Shown here: piece by piece, positions 42,209 to 51,556 of the stretch | How the letters are laid out: the number at the start of each line of letters is the position of its first letter | Position numbering within the stretch: the first letter of the stretch is position 1 | Assembly (NCBI GenBank): GCA_964438995.1 | Contig: CAYTMQ010000004.1 | Span: forward strand, 223,688-287,687 | Source of the DNA: an uncultured Chitinophaga sp. | GTDB taxonomy: Bacteria; Bacteroidota; Bacteroidia; NS11-12g; UBA955 | DNA length: 64,000 nucleotides | Reading direction: 5' to 3' | The notes under the pieces: generated by a model | Seen by the model: the letters and a program-made list of their open reading frames with translations, nothing else | What the model was told of the DNA's origin: nothing | The model's database searches: none | Position numbers and translations under genes: made by a program

Positions 42209-42248
42209 TAAAAAAAAGCGCGGTTAGTAATGACCGCGCTTTTTTTAT
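42209..42248. terminator. bidirectional terminator (copy 1 of a 49-bp duplication)
   Basis: aaaaaaa-gcgcggt-tagtaatg-accgcgc-ttttttt. Confidence 0.85.
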
Positions 42249-42269
42249 TGTTATTTTTATTTCAATTAT

Positions 42270-42470
42270 TTTCCCTGCTCATGCCGCAGGGGTGGCGCCA
42301 ACTTTTTGTTTGGTCAAAAAGTCCCCTCAGCACTGCACGAGGGTCTACCGATAAAAACCCACCACGGGTCAAAATTTCAACAATGTCTTCCCGCTGCAAG
42401 TCTGTCCTGCTCGAGGCTGCCATTATTGAAATTCTACGCACCCGTGGACTCAACCCGCACATTCCGTTTC
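42270..42470 (+). repeat. family-2 GC-rich palindromic repeat, copy 1
   Basis: ccctgctcatgccgcaggggtggc...ccaccacgggtcaaaatttcaacaatg...cattattgaaattctacgcacccgtgg; near-identical to 57106-57281. Confidence 0.85.
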
Positions 42471-42666
42471 AAAAACTTTTTATTCATTTCACAACTTTTG
42501 CAATCTGCATCCACTTTTAATAGCATAAACAGATAAAAAACTTGAACATTTTACTAAATATTCTTACATATACATTAGTTTATTCAAAACTTCAACTATA
42601 AACTTAAAAAAGCAATTCAATCAATAATCAAAAGAATCATGATTCAAGAAGATGCTCTGTCACAAT

Positions 42667-42704
42667 ATAAAAAAAGCGCGGTTAGACATGACCGCGCTTT
42701 TTTT
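42667..42704. terminator. bidirectional terminator (copy 2 of the 49-bp duplication)
   Basis: Nearly identical to 42209-42248 (tagtaatg becomes tagacatg); terminator for the minus gene ending at 42728. Confidence 0.8.
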
Positions 42705-42727
42705 ATGATTGGTTTTTCTTTCAATAA

Positions 42728-43141
42728 CTACACTTTAGATTGCTTGTATCTATCGTAAAACCAAAGAGGTAAAAACACACAATTTAGTATCGCTATGCCC
42801 AATACTAAAAGTATAGATGCGCCTTGCCAATGTTGTACTTTAAAAAGCAAACCTGAAGTGCAAAATGCTGTGGCTATATAGCCAGTCAAAAAAATGGATT
42901 TTTTCATCATATTCATGGAATTTTTATTAATTGTATCTGTCAATATTTGTATGTTCTCAAATTCGTTGATTTCAAATTTCTGAAGTGAAAGTGTAAGTGC
43001 TTCCTCAAAATCTATATACTCTAATTCCTCAATTATACAACACAAATGGTCGGTTAAACTGTTGATTAAAGCCTCATCTTTTAAGCCTTTGCTTTTTAAA
43101 ACAAGCTGTATACGTTCGATATGACTGTCTTGAATGTTCAT
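42728..43141 (-). CDS. membrane protein partner of the PadR regulator (GldL-N-like LFKxxHWxG motif)
   Basis: C-terminal TM pair ...GLLFKVQHWQGASILLVLG...; 4-nt overlap with PadR. Confidence 0.45.
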   Translation of the reverse strand: MNIQDSHIERIQLVLKSKGLKDEALINSLTDHLCCIIEELEYIDFEEALTLSLQKFEINEFENIQILTDTINKNSMNMMKKSIFLTGYIATAFCTSGLLFKVQHWQGASILLVLGIAILNCVFLPLWFYDRYKQSKV

Positions 43142-43473
43142 TTCGCAATTTTGGGTTCAAATATCAATTGCATCGACTTCAAAAAATCTCTCACATCTTG
43201 TGTTCTAGAAACGACCTCCTTACTCCCACTTTTGGTGAGTTTATAGTATTTCCTTAACCTCTTACCAATAAATTCTTGCTCAACCTTAACAACTCCTTCT
43301 AACTCTAACTTATGTAAAGTAGGATATAATGCTCCTTCTGTTAACTCAATTTTATCTTTGGTAAGTTCCTTTACCTTTTGTGTTATTTCATATCCATACA
43401 TCCTTCCATTGTCTTCTAACAATTTTAAAATGATGGGTTGCAAGGTCCCTTTAATCAATTCTTTTGAATACAT
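43138..43473 (-). CDS. PadR family transcriptional regulator
   Basis: LQPIILKLLEDNGRMYGYEITQKV...EGALYPTLHKLELEG. Confidence 0.85.
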   Translation of the reverse strand: MYSKELIKGTLQPIILKLLEDNGRMYGYEITQKVKELTKDKIELTEGALYPTLHKLELEGVVKVEQEFIGKRLRKYYKLTKSGSKEVVSRTQDVRDFLKSMQLIFEPKIAK

Positions 43474-43660
43474 AAGTCAAATATACATAACTTTCTTATG
43501 TATAACGAAAAAAGTTATTAGAATATTGTATAGGGTTAAATTTTAATTTCAATAAAAAAGAAATTTTTTCTAGTAGTTAATCCAGTTCTTATACATTTGT
43601 TGTTTATTTGAATAAGCTAATTACTTCTTTATCCTTTGTCAAAAAAACTACTTACATAAA

Positions 43661-44320
43661 ATGAAAAAATTACTCATCATCGCTTGGTCAATCTTCATCA
43701 TCGGAATACTCTTTCGACTATTTCATTTTCCCGGTCCATCTCTACTACTGATACTTGGTACACTCTTACTTGTTGTGCACAGTTTGATTTTCTTGGTCAA
43801 AAACGCCAAGACTGATTTGCCAAATGCCTTTCTTCATCTATCTTATGCACTATTGACTGTTTTTCTGTTGTTCAAAATACAATATTGGTCGTGCGGACCG
43901 ATGATCTTAGGATTTACACTTCTTTTCATAATCGTATTACTTGCAATCATTACTTGCTTTATTTTGTTTTTGACAAACAAGACCAAATTTCAATTCCCAC
44001 AAATACTACTACTAGTTTACTTTGTGTTTATTTTTGTTTTGTCCTATACCCACTCTTACAGCATCTATTATTTCTTCAACTTGGATAAAACACTTAACCA
44101 AGACTCTAGAGACACAGACTATCGGACTTGGGACAAATACAGTTGGTTCTTGTATATTGCGAATAAGCCTAACGAAGCGTTAGAAGCGAATCTTAAAGCA
44201 CAAAAGGCATTAGAAGAACATCTTAAAGTTGAAACAGATGAAAAAGCTCTTCAATACCAAACATTGCTTAAGCAACATAATCAAAAAATATTAGAAAAGA
44301 ATTGGACATCTTGGCCTTAA
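43661..44320 (+). CDS. hypothetical membrane protein with two LFxxxHxxG-type TM hairpins and a coiled C-terminus
   Basis: GILFRLFHFPGP and LLFKIQYWSCGP motifs; K/E-rich tail. Confidence 0.4.
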   Translation: MKKLLIIAWSIFIIGILFRLFHFPGPSLLLILGTLLLVVHSLIFLVKNAKTDLPNAFLHLSYALLTVFLLFKIQYWSCGPMILGFTLLFIIVLLAIITCFILFLTNKTKFQFPQILLLVYFVFIFVLSYTHSYSIYYFFNLDKTLNQDSRDTDYRTWDKYSWFLYIANKPNEALEANLKAQKALEEHLKVETDEKALQYQTLLKQHNQKILEKNWTSWP

Positions 44321-44467
44321 TACATGAAGGTTGTAATTTAAATAAGTATCTTTTAAAAAATTGTTCAATAACAGAAATCAGCATTAACAAAATTGTTTCA
44401 TCTTAAATTAATGCTTAACAATAATGCTATTCAATGAACAGGTCTTTATGAAGTATTTGAATAAGTA

Positions 44468-44881
44468 TCACTTCTTAGACTTCATCGCTTTTATGACTTT
44501 TAAACTAGGGTCATTAAGAAATTTTTGATAGTCTTTACTTTCAACCCCATAAATAGCCATTTTACCATTTTCATCAAAATGAACTCCCCAGCCGTAGCGT
44601 TTGGTTAATGGAGATGCGCGAAAACAAGCTTGACCTTTTGAAAAGAACTTTTCTCTAGCTTCTTTATATTCACTCGGAAGTAAGTCATTCTTGTCGGCAA
44701 ATACCTGAAATAAAACGTCATCAGAAGTAAATTGATATGGATTCTTACTTACCATTTCAAATTGAATATTTGCAGCCGTTTTTGATTCTGCTTTCAATGG
44801 TGGTAATTCACCAGTTGCATTGTCACAATCTTCGGCAATTTCTATAAACGTATTGAAATAATTTGTCGAGTGAATTTTCAT
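44468..44881 (-). CDS. hypothetical protein
   Basis: ORF with a 4-nt overlap with the upstream hydrolase. Confidence 0.35.
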   Translation of the reverse strand: MKIHSTNYFNTFIEIAEDCDNATGELPPLKAESKTAANIQFEMVSKNPYQFTSDDVLFQVFADKNDLLPSEYKEAREKFFSKGQACFRASPLTKRYGWGVHFDENGKMAIYGVESKDYQKFLNDPSLKVIKAMKSKK

Positions 44882-46056
44882 TTTATTGCGTTTAATATCT
44901 TTTCAATCGCTTCTTTAGATGAAACATATTGGTCAATTTTGCCGTAGTTGCTATTTACTGCATAAACAATGGTTGTAGAGTCATCTGGAAAATACATCAT
45001 ACTAGCAGCATAACCAACAGCATCTCCACTATGCATATATGCAATACCCTTATTTGTCTCAATTTTGAAAATACCTAAACCATAAGATATAGGAAAATAG
45101 TCAGTATCTTTTTCTTTGGGTGTTTTCCACGTTAACATTTCATTTAATGAACTTGAGTTTATGATTTGCTCACTCATTAATGCTCTGAAAAACACATTCA
45201 AGTCATATGGATTTGAAATTAATCCTCCATCTGCAGTGTAATAATCCCAACCACTAAAATAAGTGCTTTCTACAACTTGTAAATTGCTATACATATCAAT
45301 ATATCCTCTAACTATTCCACTCGGAATATGATCTTCTGCTGCAAATTTAGTCATAGTTAAACCAAGAGGCTTAAAGATCTTTTCTTCAAATACTTTATAA
45401 AAGGGTTTGCCTTCAATTTTTTCTATCAGCATACCCAGCATAATATATCCTGTGTTCGAGTATCTCACATCTTCACCAGGTTTAAAGTAAGCTTTTTGGT
45501 AATAGGCATACTTTAAAAGATCATTTGGTTTCCATTCTCTAATAAAATCGTTAAGTGATGCTGTTTGAAATTTTAAATTTTGGATGTAGTTATAAATTCC
45601 ACTTGAATGTTGAAGAAGTTGACGAATGGTAGCTTTGTCTGCATTCTCAATATTATCAATGACATCTCCTTGTAAATAATCCGAAATTTTATCATCCAAT
45701 TTTATTTTGCCTTCTTCTACTAGCTTTAAAACTGTCGCGGCTGTAAACATTTTTACAGTAGATCCAACTCTTGTGATATTGCAAGAACGCATATTTACAT
45801 TGTTGTGCAAATCGGCTTTACCACTTGCCCCTAACCACATACCAGTTTGTGTGCGATAAACAGACATAGTGACACCTACAACACCACTTGATGTCATATT
45901 ATTGATCAAAGATTGGTATGCTGACTGATTGGGGTTGTTACTACTGCTGTCGACAAAACTTAAATTGCAACTATAATTTGAGGGACTTATATCATCGCCT
46001 TTATGACAGGCATTAAACACTATTATGGTTAGAATAAAAATTATATACTTAGTCAT
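44878..46056 (-). CDS. serine hydrolase of the beta-lactamase/transpeptidase family
   Basis: SxxK: RVGSTVKMF; YxN: RYSNTGY; signal or lipoprotein N-terminus. Confidence 0.8.
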   Translation of the reverse strand: MTKYIIFILTIIVFNACHKGDDISPSNYSCNLSFVDSSSNNPNQSAYQSLINNMTSSGVVGVTMSVYRTQTGMWLGASGKADLHNNVNMRSCNITRVGSTVKMFTAATVLKLVEEGKIKLDDKISDYLQGDVIDNIENADKATIRQLLQHSSGIYNYIQNLKFQTASLNDFIREWKPNDLLKYAYYQKAYFKPGEDVRYSNTGYIMLGMLIEKIEGKPFYKVFEEKIFKPLGLTMTKFAAEDHIPSGIVRGYIDMYSNLQVVESTYFSGWDYYTADGGLISNPYDLNVFFRALMSEQIINSSSLNEMLTWKTPKEKDTDYFPISYGLGIFKIETNKGIAYMHSGDAVGYAASMMYFPDDSTTIVYAVNSNYGKIDQYVSSKEAIEKILNAIK

Positions 46057-46654
46057 TTTTGTTGCTGTTTGTTTTTATATTTAATTTGATTCCTAGATGT
46101 AGGTTGATATGGGTCATAACAGGTATAAAGTCTGGCGAGTATGGATACTCTGCCCAAGATTGATATCTCATAAAAATTTTAGGACTATTTAAGTCATCTT
46201 TTTTTACATAATAGCCGATATCAAATGAAATTGATGGACAAAATCTAGCATTACCCTTATCCCCTTTCTTTTCATATTGCCCGTTAACGAATGTAAATTC
46301 TTCAGCAGTTGCAAAAGTGTGCATATATCCCAGTCCGAATAGTCCAGATATGGCTAATCTAGATTTAAATTTACGTTCATATCCCATTTCAGAATTTAAA
46401 CCAATACCCTGAGTCAAATAATTATGATAAAAATAACTTGTGTTAATGGTTTGAAAAATTCTGACTTTCTTCTTAGATTTTAAATTCCATTCCGTTCCAA
46501 CTTGAAAGCCTGGGTGAATTGGGAATGTCATCAGTCTGGTAAATGGAATTGCAGTTGATTGGTTAAACACTGAGATATTTAGTGGAATATTTTTCCCTTG
46601 TACATATAGTAATGATGGAAAAATAAAAAACAGGAGCAATAAGATTTTCTTCAT
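46049..46654 (-). CDS. hypothetical outer-membrane protein (the ORF may extend to 46681)
   Basis: Signal MKKILLLLFFIFPSLLYVQG; beta-rich; 8-nt overlap with the downstream hydrolase. Confidence 0.35.
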   Translation of the reverse strand: MKKILLLLFFIFPSLLYVQGKNIPLNISVFNQSTAIPFTRLMTFPIHPGFQVGTEWNLKSKKKVRIFQTINTSYFYHNYLTQGIGLNSEMGYERKFKSRLAISGLFGLGYMHTFATAEEFTFVNGQYEKKGDKGNARFCPSISFDIGYYVKKDDLNSPKIFMRYQSWAEYPYSPDFIPVMTHINLHLGIKLNIKTNSNKND

Positions 46655-46762
46655 TTGTATTTGATACTTTTTCAGGTACAAAATTGATTTTTATGATTTT
46701 AGAATTCAAGTGAAAAAGACACAATCATCCTAAAGCGGACAAAAATGGGCTTAAACTTTCCA

Positions 46763-47593
46763 TTACTGCGTCCACCATTGCCTGAATTTGGACACATTTG
46801 GCTTCGAAATGTACACGTCTTCGGTAGGTAAGACAAAATTAACTTTCAATTTTCTAGTTTTAGTTAATTCTACAGAATGTATGGCATTAAAAGAAGAGAG
46901 GTATTGGCGATTAATGCGGTAAAATTGAGAATGCTTTAACTTTTCTTCCCATTCTTCCAAGGTACCAGATAATCGAAATTTTTCTCCTTCGAAAGTTAGC
47001 AACCAAATTAATTTGTTCGAACTCATTATCAATGCGCACTTCTCAATGGGCAAATTTTCTTCAATAAACCCTCTGTTGATGGTAATAAATTTGACACTTT
47101 TCAACATTTCAACTGGTTCTTTCTCAATTGCAGTTGTGGTTTCAATCTGCGTTTTATTGTATGAATCAATTGCAAATGAGGTAATATTGATGAGCACTAA
47201 AAAGATAAATGTAAGTGGCAACTCAAGATTTAAGATAGAACTGTCACTAAAATCAATATCGATGGCTTTCAAGTATACCACTTCAACAGTTATGGCAAAA
47301 ACAAGCGGCAACATTACACCATAAACAAACTGCTTGATTAATCGAACTTTAAAGGCGCTGTACCAAGAATATCTGACATCAAGTTTTGCTTTTAATTTCA
47401 TTAAATATAAAGCAACAAGAAAAGTTAGAGCAAAAGAAACTACTATATCAGAGTAAAATGAAGGTATCCTTAATAGTTCTTGAAAACTATTGTTGTTAGC
47501 AAAAAAAACGAAAGACAGCGCTATCAATAGATAGGCCATACCCCATAACAATCTATCGATTTTTAAATAAGATATATTCTTAGTAGGTTTCAT
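46763..47593 (-). CDS. membrane-anchored LytTR-domain regulator
   Basis: N-terminal TM helices; C-terminal LytTR: KFITINRGFIEE...LIWLLTFEGEKF...FYRINRQYLSSFNAI. Confidence 0.7.
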   Translation of the reverse strand: MKPTKNISYLKIDRLLWGMAYLLIALSFVFFANNNSFQELLRIPSFYSDIVVSFALTFLVALYLMKLKAKLDVRYSWYSAFKVRLIKQFVYGVMLPLVFAITVEVVYLKAIDIDFSDSSILNLELPLTFIFLVLINITSFAIDSYNKTQIETTTAIEKEPVEMLKSVKFITINRGFIEENLPIEKCALIMSSNKLIWLLTFEGEKFRLSGTLEEWEEKLKHSQFYRINRQYLSSFNAIHSVELTKTRKLKVNFVLPTEDVYISKPNVSKFRQWWTQ

Positions 47594-47602
47594 ATTTTAC
47601 TT

Positions 47603-47726
47603 GTCTTAACCCCCTGATTCTTGGAAAGTATGATCAAAAAGTTTTAGGTTCATATTCATTTCTGGTTTCTGATGGTTTCACAAATTTAATGTTTTAAATT
47701 TATATAACGTACGAGGGGGTTAAGAC
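47603..47726. promoter_or_regulatory. 14-bp perfect inverted repeat flanking the LytTR gene's upstream region
   Basis: tgtcttaaccccct at 47602-47615 and agggggttaagaca at 47714-47727, about 98 bp apart. Confidence 0.5.
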
Positions 47727-47900
47727 ACAACTAAGTTGCTAAAATTTAGTTGGTTGAATTTTAGGTAGTATCTTAGTTAAAGTAAACCTAACTTTTTATT
47801 GCAAACCAATAGACAAAATAGCAACAAATGTTATTCGTTTTTTAACATCTACACACTTTGAGCAAATCAGCTAAAGTCTATTTGAGGGAAAGAAATTATA

Positions 47901-48254
47901 TTATTGAGGCATATTGCTTTGCACCCAACAAGTTATTGTTTTAATGTCTGCATCAGATAATTTAGAACCACCCCTTGGCATTTTAGAATAACCAGATTTA
48001 TGCTGAATTGCACCTAAAAAAGCTTTATTACTACCAGCAGAATTGACCCCACTATAGGTACTTAAATCGAAACCAGCTTTCTTGGAGGAAGAATTATGAC
48101 AACCAGATGTCGCACAATTGTTATCCATAATAGACTTCACATCATTTTGATAAGTATTAATGACACCTGAACAATCTACAACGTCTATTTCTTCTTTTTT
48201 ACAACTTGAGAGAAATAATAAAGTGAATGAAATTAAAAATATCTTTTTTAACAT
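47901..48254 (-). CDS. small lipoprotein with a CX4CH motif (PSCyt1-like); paralog of 9107..9493
   Basis: ...IMDNNCATSGCHNSS...SKMPRGGSKLSDADIKTITCWVQSN aligns by eye with the 9107-9493 product. Confidence 0.4.
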   Translation of the reverse strand: MLKKIFLISFTLLFLSSCKKEEIDVVDCSGVINTYQNDVKSIMDNNCATSGCHNSSSKKAGFDLSTYSGVNSAGSNKAFLGAIQHKSGYSKMPRGGSKLSDADIKTITCWVQSNMPQ

Positions 48255-48329
48255 ATAATTATAAATTTAAGTGCAAAATTCATCTATAAAAAAATAAATA
48301 GAAATTAAGGTATCTTAAGAAATTCTATA

Positions 48330-48860
48330 TTATTTTCCAGAACGACTTCTTCTAATTTCACTTAAATACTCTGGAGTAATACCAATGAAAGAGGCTATTT
48401 GTTTTAACGGAATCCTTTGAACCAACGAAGGATATGTTTTCACAAATTCATTATACCGTTGGATAGCGTTTGTACTTAAAACGCTTATAAGTCGCCTATT
48501 CATAGAAATGATGTTTCTGACGAACTTTTCATTCATCGCAATAAGATCTTCTTTAGAACTATTTTTTAAATTAAAATCACTGATCAAATGCAATTGTTTA
48601 ATTTCACTATCCTCAATTGTTTCGATATAAATTTGAGTTTTTACTTTGTTTATAATGCTTTCTAAGTCAGACACTACCCAATTTTCGGGAGCAAATTGAA
48701 GAATAATTTCTTTTCCATTTTGATCAATAATATAACTTTTCAAACACCCTTTAATAACGAAATAAGCACTTTTACAAATTTCGCCTTCTCTTAACAAAAA
48801 AGTACCTTTAGGTACAAAAACCGAATCATTATCATCAAATAATTTATCAAATGCTGCCAT
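48330..48860 (-). CDS. Crp/Fnr family transcriptional regulator
   Basis: cNMP-binding beta-roll plus HTH ...IPLKQIASFIGITPEYLSEIRR. Confidence 0.75.
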   Translation of the reverse strand: MAAFDKLFDDNDSVFVPKGTFLLREGEICKSAYFVIKGCLKSYIIDQNGKEIILQFAPENWVVSDLESIINKVKTQIYIETIEDSEIKQLHLISDFNLKNSSKEDLIAMNEKFVRNIISMNRRLISVLSTNAIQRYNEFVKTYPSLVQRIPLKQIASFIGITPEYLSEIRRSRSGK

Positions 48861-48938
48861 TTGAATACAATAATACTCAAAATTTATAAATCATCCATTG
48901 AACTAGCAAGGTTGGGTACCTATCATGTTGGGAGTAAT

Positions 48939-49619
48939 TCAAAACCATTTCTCTTTGGTCGCTAGGCTAATTACTTGAGCTTTACTGTTTACATGCAGTT
49001 TTCTATAAACGTTTGCAATGTGTTTTCTAACAGTAAGCGGACTAGAGTCTAAGGTTTCGGCGATGCGTTTGGCATCTAAGCCTTTAATTAAAAGTTCTAA
49101 GATTTGTTTTTCCTTTTGGGTTAAGTTCTTTTCGATAATAGAATCTGACACAACTTCCTTTTTCGCGTTCACAAGCATTTCTAATGCTTTCCTGGCTATA
49201 GACGGACTGATACCACTTCCGCCATTTTCCATAGTCTCAATAATGCAATCGTATATTTTTTGACCACTTTCATGTTTTAACAAATAGCCTACTGCTCCCG
49301 CTTTAATAGCATCAAAAATATGGCTATCATCGTCGAAAACTGTGTAGGCAATAAATTTCATTTTATACTCATTTAACTTAGAAATCCTTATTGTTTCAGG
49401 TCCACTCAACTTATCCATTTTTAAATCCATAAACACAACATCAGGTAGTTTATCAATCGGTAAATTTTTAGTCTTACTTACAAACTCCTCTCCGCTGTTG
49501 CAAATACAAATGATATGAATATCTTTAAATAGTTGAAGTTTATCAATAAAGTCTTTGCGATTAACTGGATTGTCTTCTACTAGCGCTATATTATATTGAA
49601 TGCTCAAAATGAAAATCAA
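48939..49619 (-). CDS. response regulator, NarL/FixJ (LuxR) family
   Basis: Receiver: IALVEDNPV...VFMDLKMDKLSG...; LuxR HTH: LTQKEKQILELLIKGLDAKRIAETLDSSPLTVRKHIANVYRKL. Confidence 0.85.
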   Translation of the reverse strand: MIFILSIQYNIALVEDNPVNRKDFIDKLQLFKDIHIICICNSGEEFVSKTKNLPIDKLPDVVFMDLKMDKLSGPETIRISKLNEYKMKFIAYTVFDDDSHIFDAIKAGAVGYLLKHESGQKIYDCIIETMENGGSGISPSIARKALEMLVNAKKEVVSDSIIEKNLTQKEKQILELLIKGLDAKRIAETLDSSPLTVRKHIANVYRKLHVNSKAQVISLATKEKWF

Positions 49620-49650
49620 AAATACAAACTATTTACATTTAAAAACATAC

Positions 49651-51501
49651 CTAATTTGGGGTAGTTAATTCTATCACACTTCCATTGCTATCTGAATGAA
49701 TTGAGAGTACTGCACCTAATCTACTAGCGCGATTTTTTAAATTGTTAAGTCCGTTTCCATACCCAACTAATTGCATATCAAATCCTTTTCCATTATCATT
49801 AAATAGTATTTTCAAATGTTCACTATTGCTCACAATAGAGCAATGTATAGCTGTGCAACCGCTATGCTTCAGGGCGTTATTGGTTATCTCTTGCATCATA
49901 TTCAATAGGTCTAATGAATCTTGAGGTCTTAATGTTTTATTCAATTGAATGTCTTCGAAAAATTCGTATTCAATGCCTTCGAAATGATGGACAATTTTTA
50001 AGAACCAATTTTTATACTTATCAAATAGGTCGCTAACACTGATGGTATCAGAGTCTAAAACCCATACGGTTTGGTTCAGTTTTTCAATTAATTCTAAAGC
50101 TGTACTTTGTAAATTTGTAATCTTCTCAGATTTAAAATCGTACTTCAGATTGCCAATTCCATTATAAATAGAAGAGGCATAAGCACCCACACCATCATGT
50201 AAATCATTGGAAATTCGTTTCCTTTCAATTTCAATTTCTTGGGTCAATTTAAGCTTCAATTTTCTTCTTATTCTTCTTAACCAATAAATCAATAAAGGCA
50301 CCAATAATACTAGAAATCCAATTAAACCTAATATATACAATTGTCTCACTTTCAACTTTAAGTTTTGGTTATTGATGACAAGTTGTTTCTTTACAACATC
50401 ATATTTAGCTTGAGCATTAGCAATTTCAGTTAAATAATTTTTCTTTTGAATAGAATCGTTTAACTCTATAATTTTTTCTCTTACTTCGCTTAATTCTTTG
50501 TATTGTTTAGCAGCTCCGTAATTTTTTTCTAAGGCTCTATACAAGTATAATTCTTTATCCAAAAAATGAAATTTCTCAATCAATTTTAGTCCCTCTTTTG
50601 CGATACTAATACCTTTATCGGTTCTATTAACCGATGCTAAATATAAGGCGTACTGTGCCATATCGCTTGCCATATATATAGTATCTTTTGTTTTTGCCCT
50701 GTAAATTAAAGCTTCATCCAAATCTTTTTCCGCTAAATCATATTGTTTGGTGTTGATATATATATCCGAACGGATCATTAGTCCATTTGCTATAGCATAC
50801 CATTTGTTTAAACTTCTAGCATTCATCAAACCTAAATTCACTAATTCAAGGGCTTTAGACGAATTACCAATATTATTATAGCAACTTGCCGCATTTAAAT
50901 ATAAATTAGTTATTTTCCTTTGTCTTTCTTTTGTCTGAATTAATCCTATAGCTTGATTAAACCATTTAATAGCATCATTGTATTTATTCGACTCCATAAA
51001 CAACCACCCAATACTTAAATACGAATCCATTATCAATCCAGTATCATTGGTCTTTTCAGCTATTTGAATGCCCTTGTATTCAGATGCAAGAGCTGCATTA
51101 AAATCGCCTTTGTGAAATTGTAACCCTCCTTTTTCTAGAAGTATTTTACAATGTACCCATTCGTTACCTTTGTTATGTTCGCAGTAAGCTAGAATTGAAT
51201 CTACCAACTTTTCCTCAGCTTCGTATTGGTTGATATCGTCTAAATAATATACTTTAAAATACCTAAATTTAAGGTTTTTTTGAGGGTAACTTTTACTGAT
51301 TAAAATCCCCCAATTGATGTACTTAATAAAACTATCGCTTTCATAACTGGTATAGCCTTTACAAAGCTCATGAAGCGTTTCAATTCTTTCAATTGCGCTT
51401 TGATTGGAATACAGTTTTTTAAGCAATTCAGGATTTTGAGCAAATCCTGAATCAATCCAAACTAAGCTAATAAAAGTAAAAAGAATTGCTTTAAAATTCA
51501 T
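49651..51501 (-). CDS. sensor histidine kinase with an N-terminal TPR-like periplasmic region, one TM, HisKA_3 and HATPase
   Basis: RKRISNDLHDGVGAYAS (H-box); ITNNALKHSGC (N-box); GYGNGLNNL. Confidence 0.85.
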   Translation of the reverse strand: MNFKAILFTFISLVWIDSGFAQNPELLKKLYSNQSAIERIETLHELCKGYTSYESDSFIKYINWGILISKSYPQKNLKFRYFKVYYLDDINQYEAEEKLVDSILAYCEHNKGNEWVHCKILLEKGGLQFHKGDFNAALASEYKGIQIAEKTNDTGLIMDSYLSIGWLFMESNKYNDAIKWFNQAIGLIQTKERQRKITNLYLNAASCYNNIGNSSKALELVNLGLMNARSLNKWYAIANGLMIRSDIYINTKQYDLAEKDLDEALIYRAKTKDTIYMASDMAQYALYLASVNRTDKGISIAKEGLKLIEKFHFLDKELYLYRALEKNYGAAKQYKELSEVREKIIELNDSIQKKNYLTEIANAQAKYDVVKKQLVINNQNLKLKVRQLYILGLIGFLVLLVPLLIYWLRRIRRKLKLKLTQEIEIERKRISNDLHDGVGAYASSIYNGIGNLKYDFKSEKITNLQSTALELIEKLNQTVWVLDSDTISVSDLFDKYKNWFLKIVHHFEGIEYEFFEDIQLNKTLRPQDSLDLLNMMQEITNNALKHSGCTAIHCSIVSNSEHLKILFNDNGKGFDMQLVGYGNGLNNLKNRASRLGAVLSIHSDSNGSVIELTTPN

Positions 51502-51556
51502 TATCGGGTAAATTACAAATCAAATGTAATTTATTTGATATTGGAATACTCATACA

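Noticed and set aside
42230-42520. 96-aa ORF (and the 107-aa ORF at 57194-57517) sharing ...MSSRCKSVLLEAAIIEILRTRGLN...
   Set aside because: Both lie entirely inside the near-identical family-2 DNA repeats. The amino-acid identity just reflects DNA identity; there is no RBS or start context. I treat them as non-coding.
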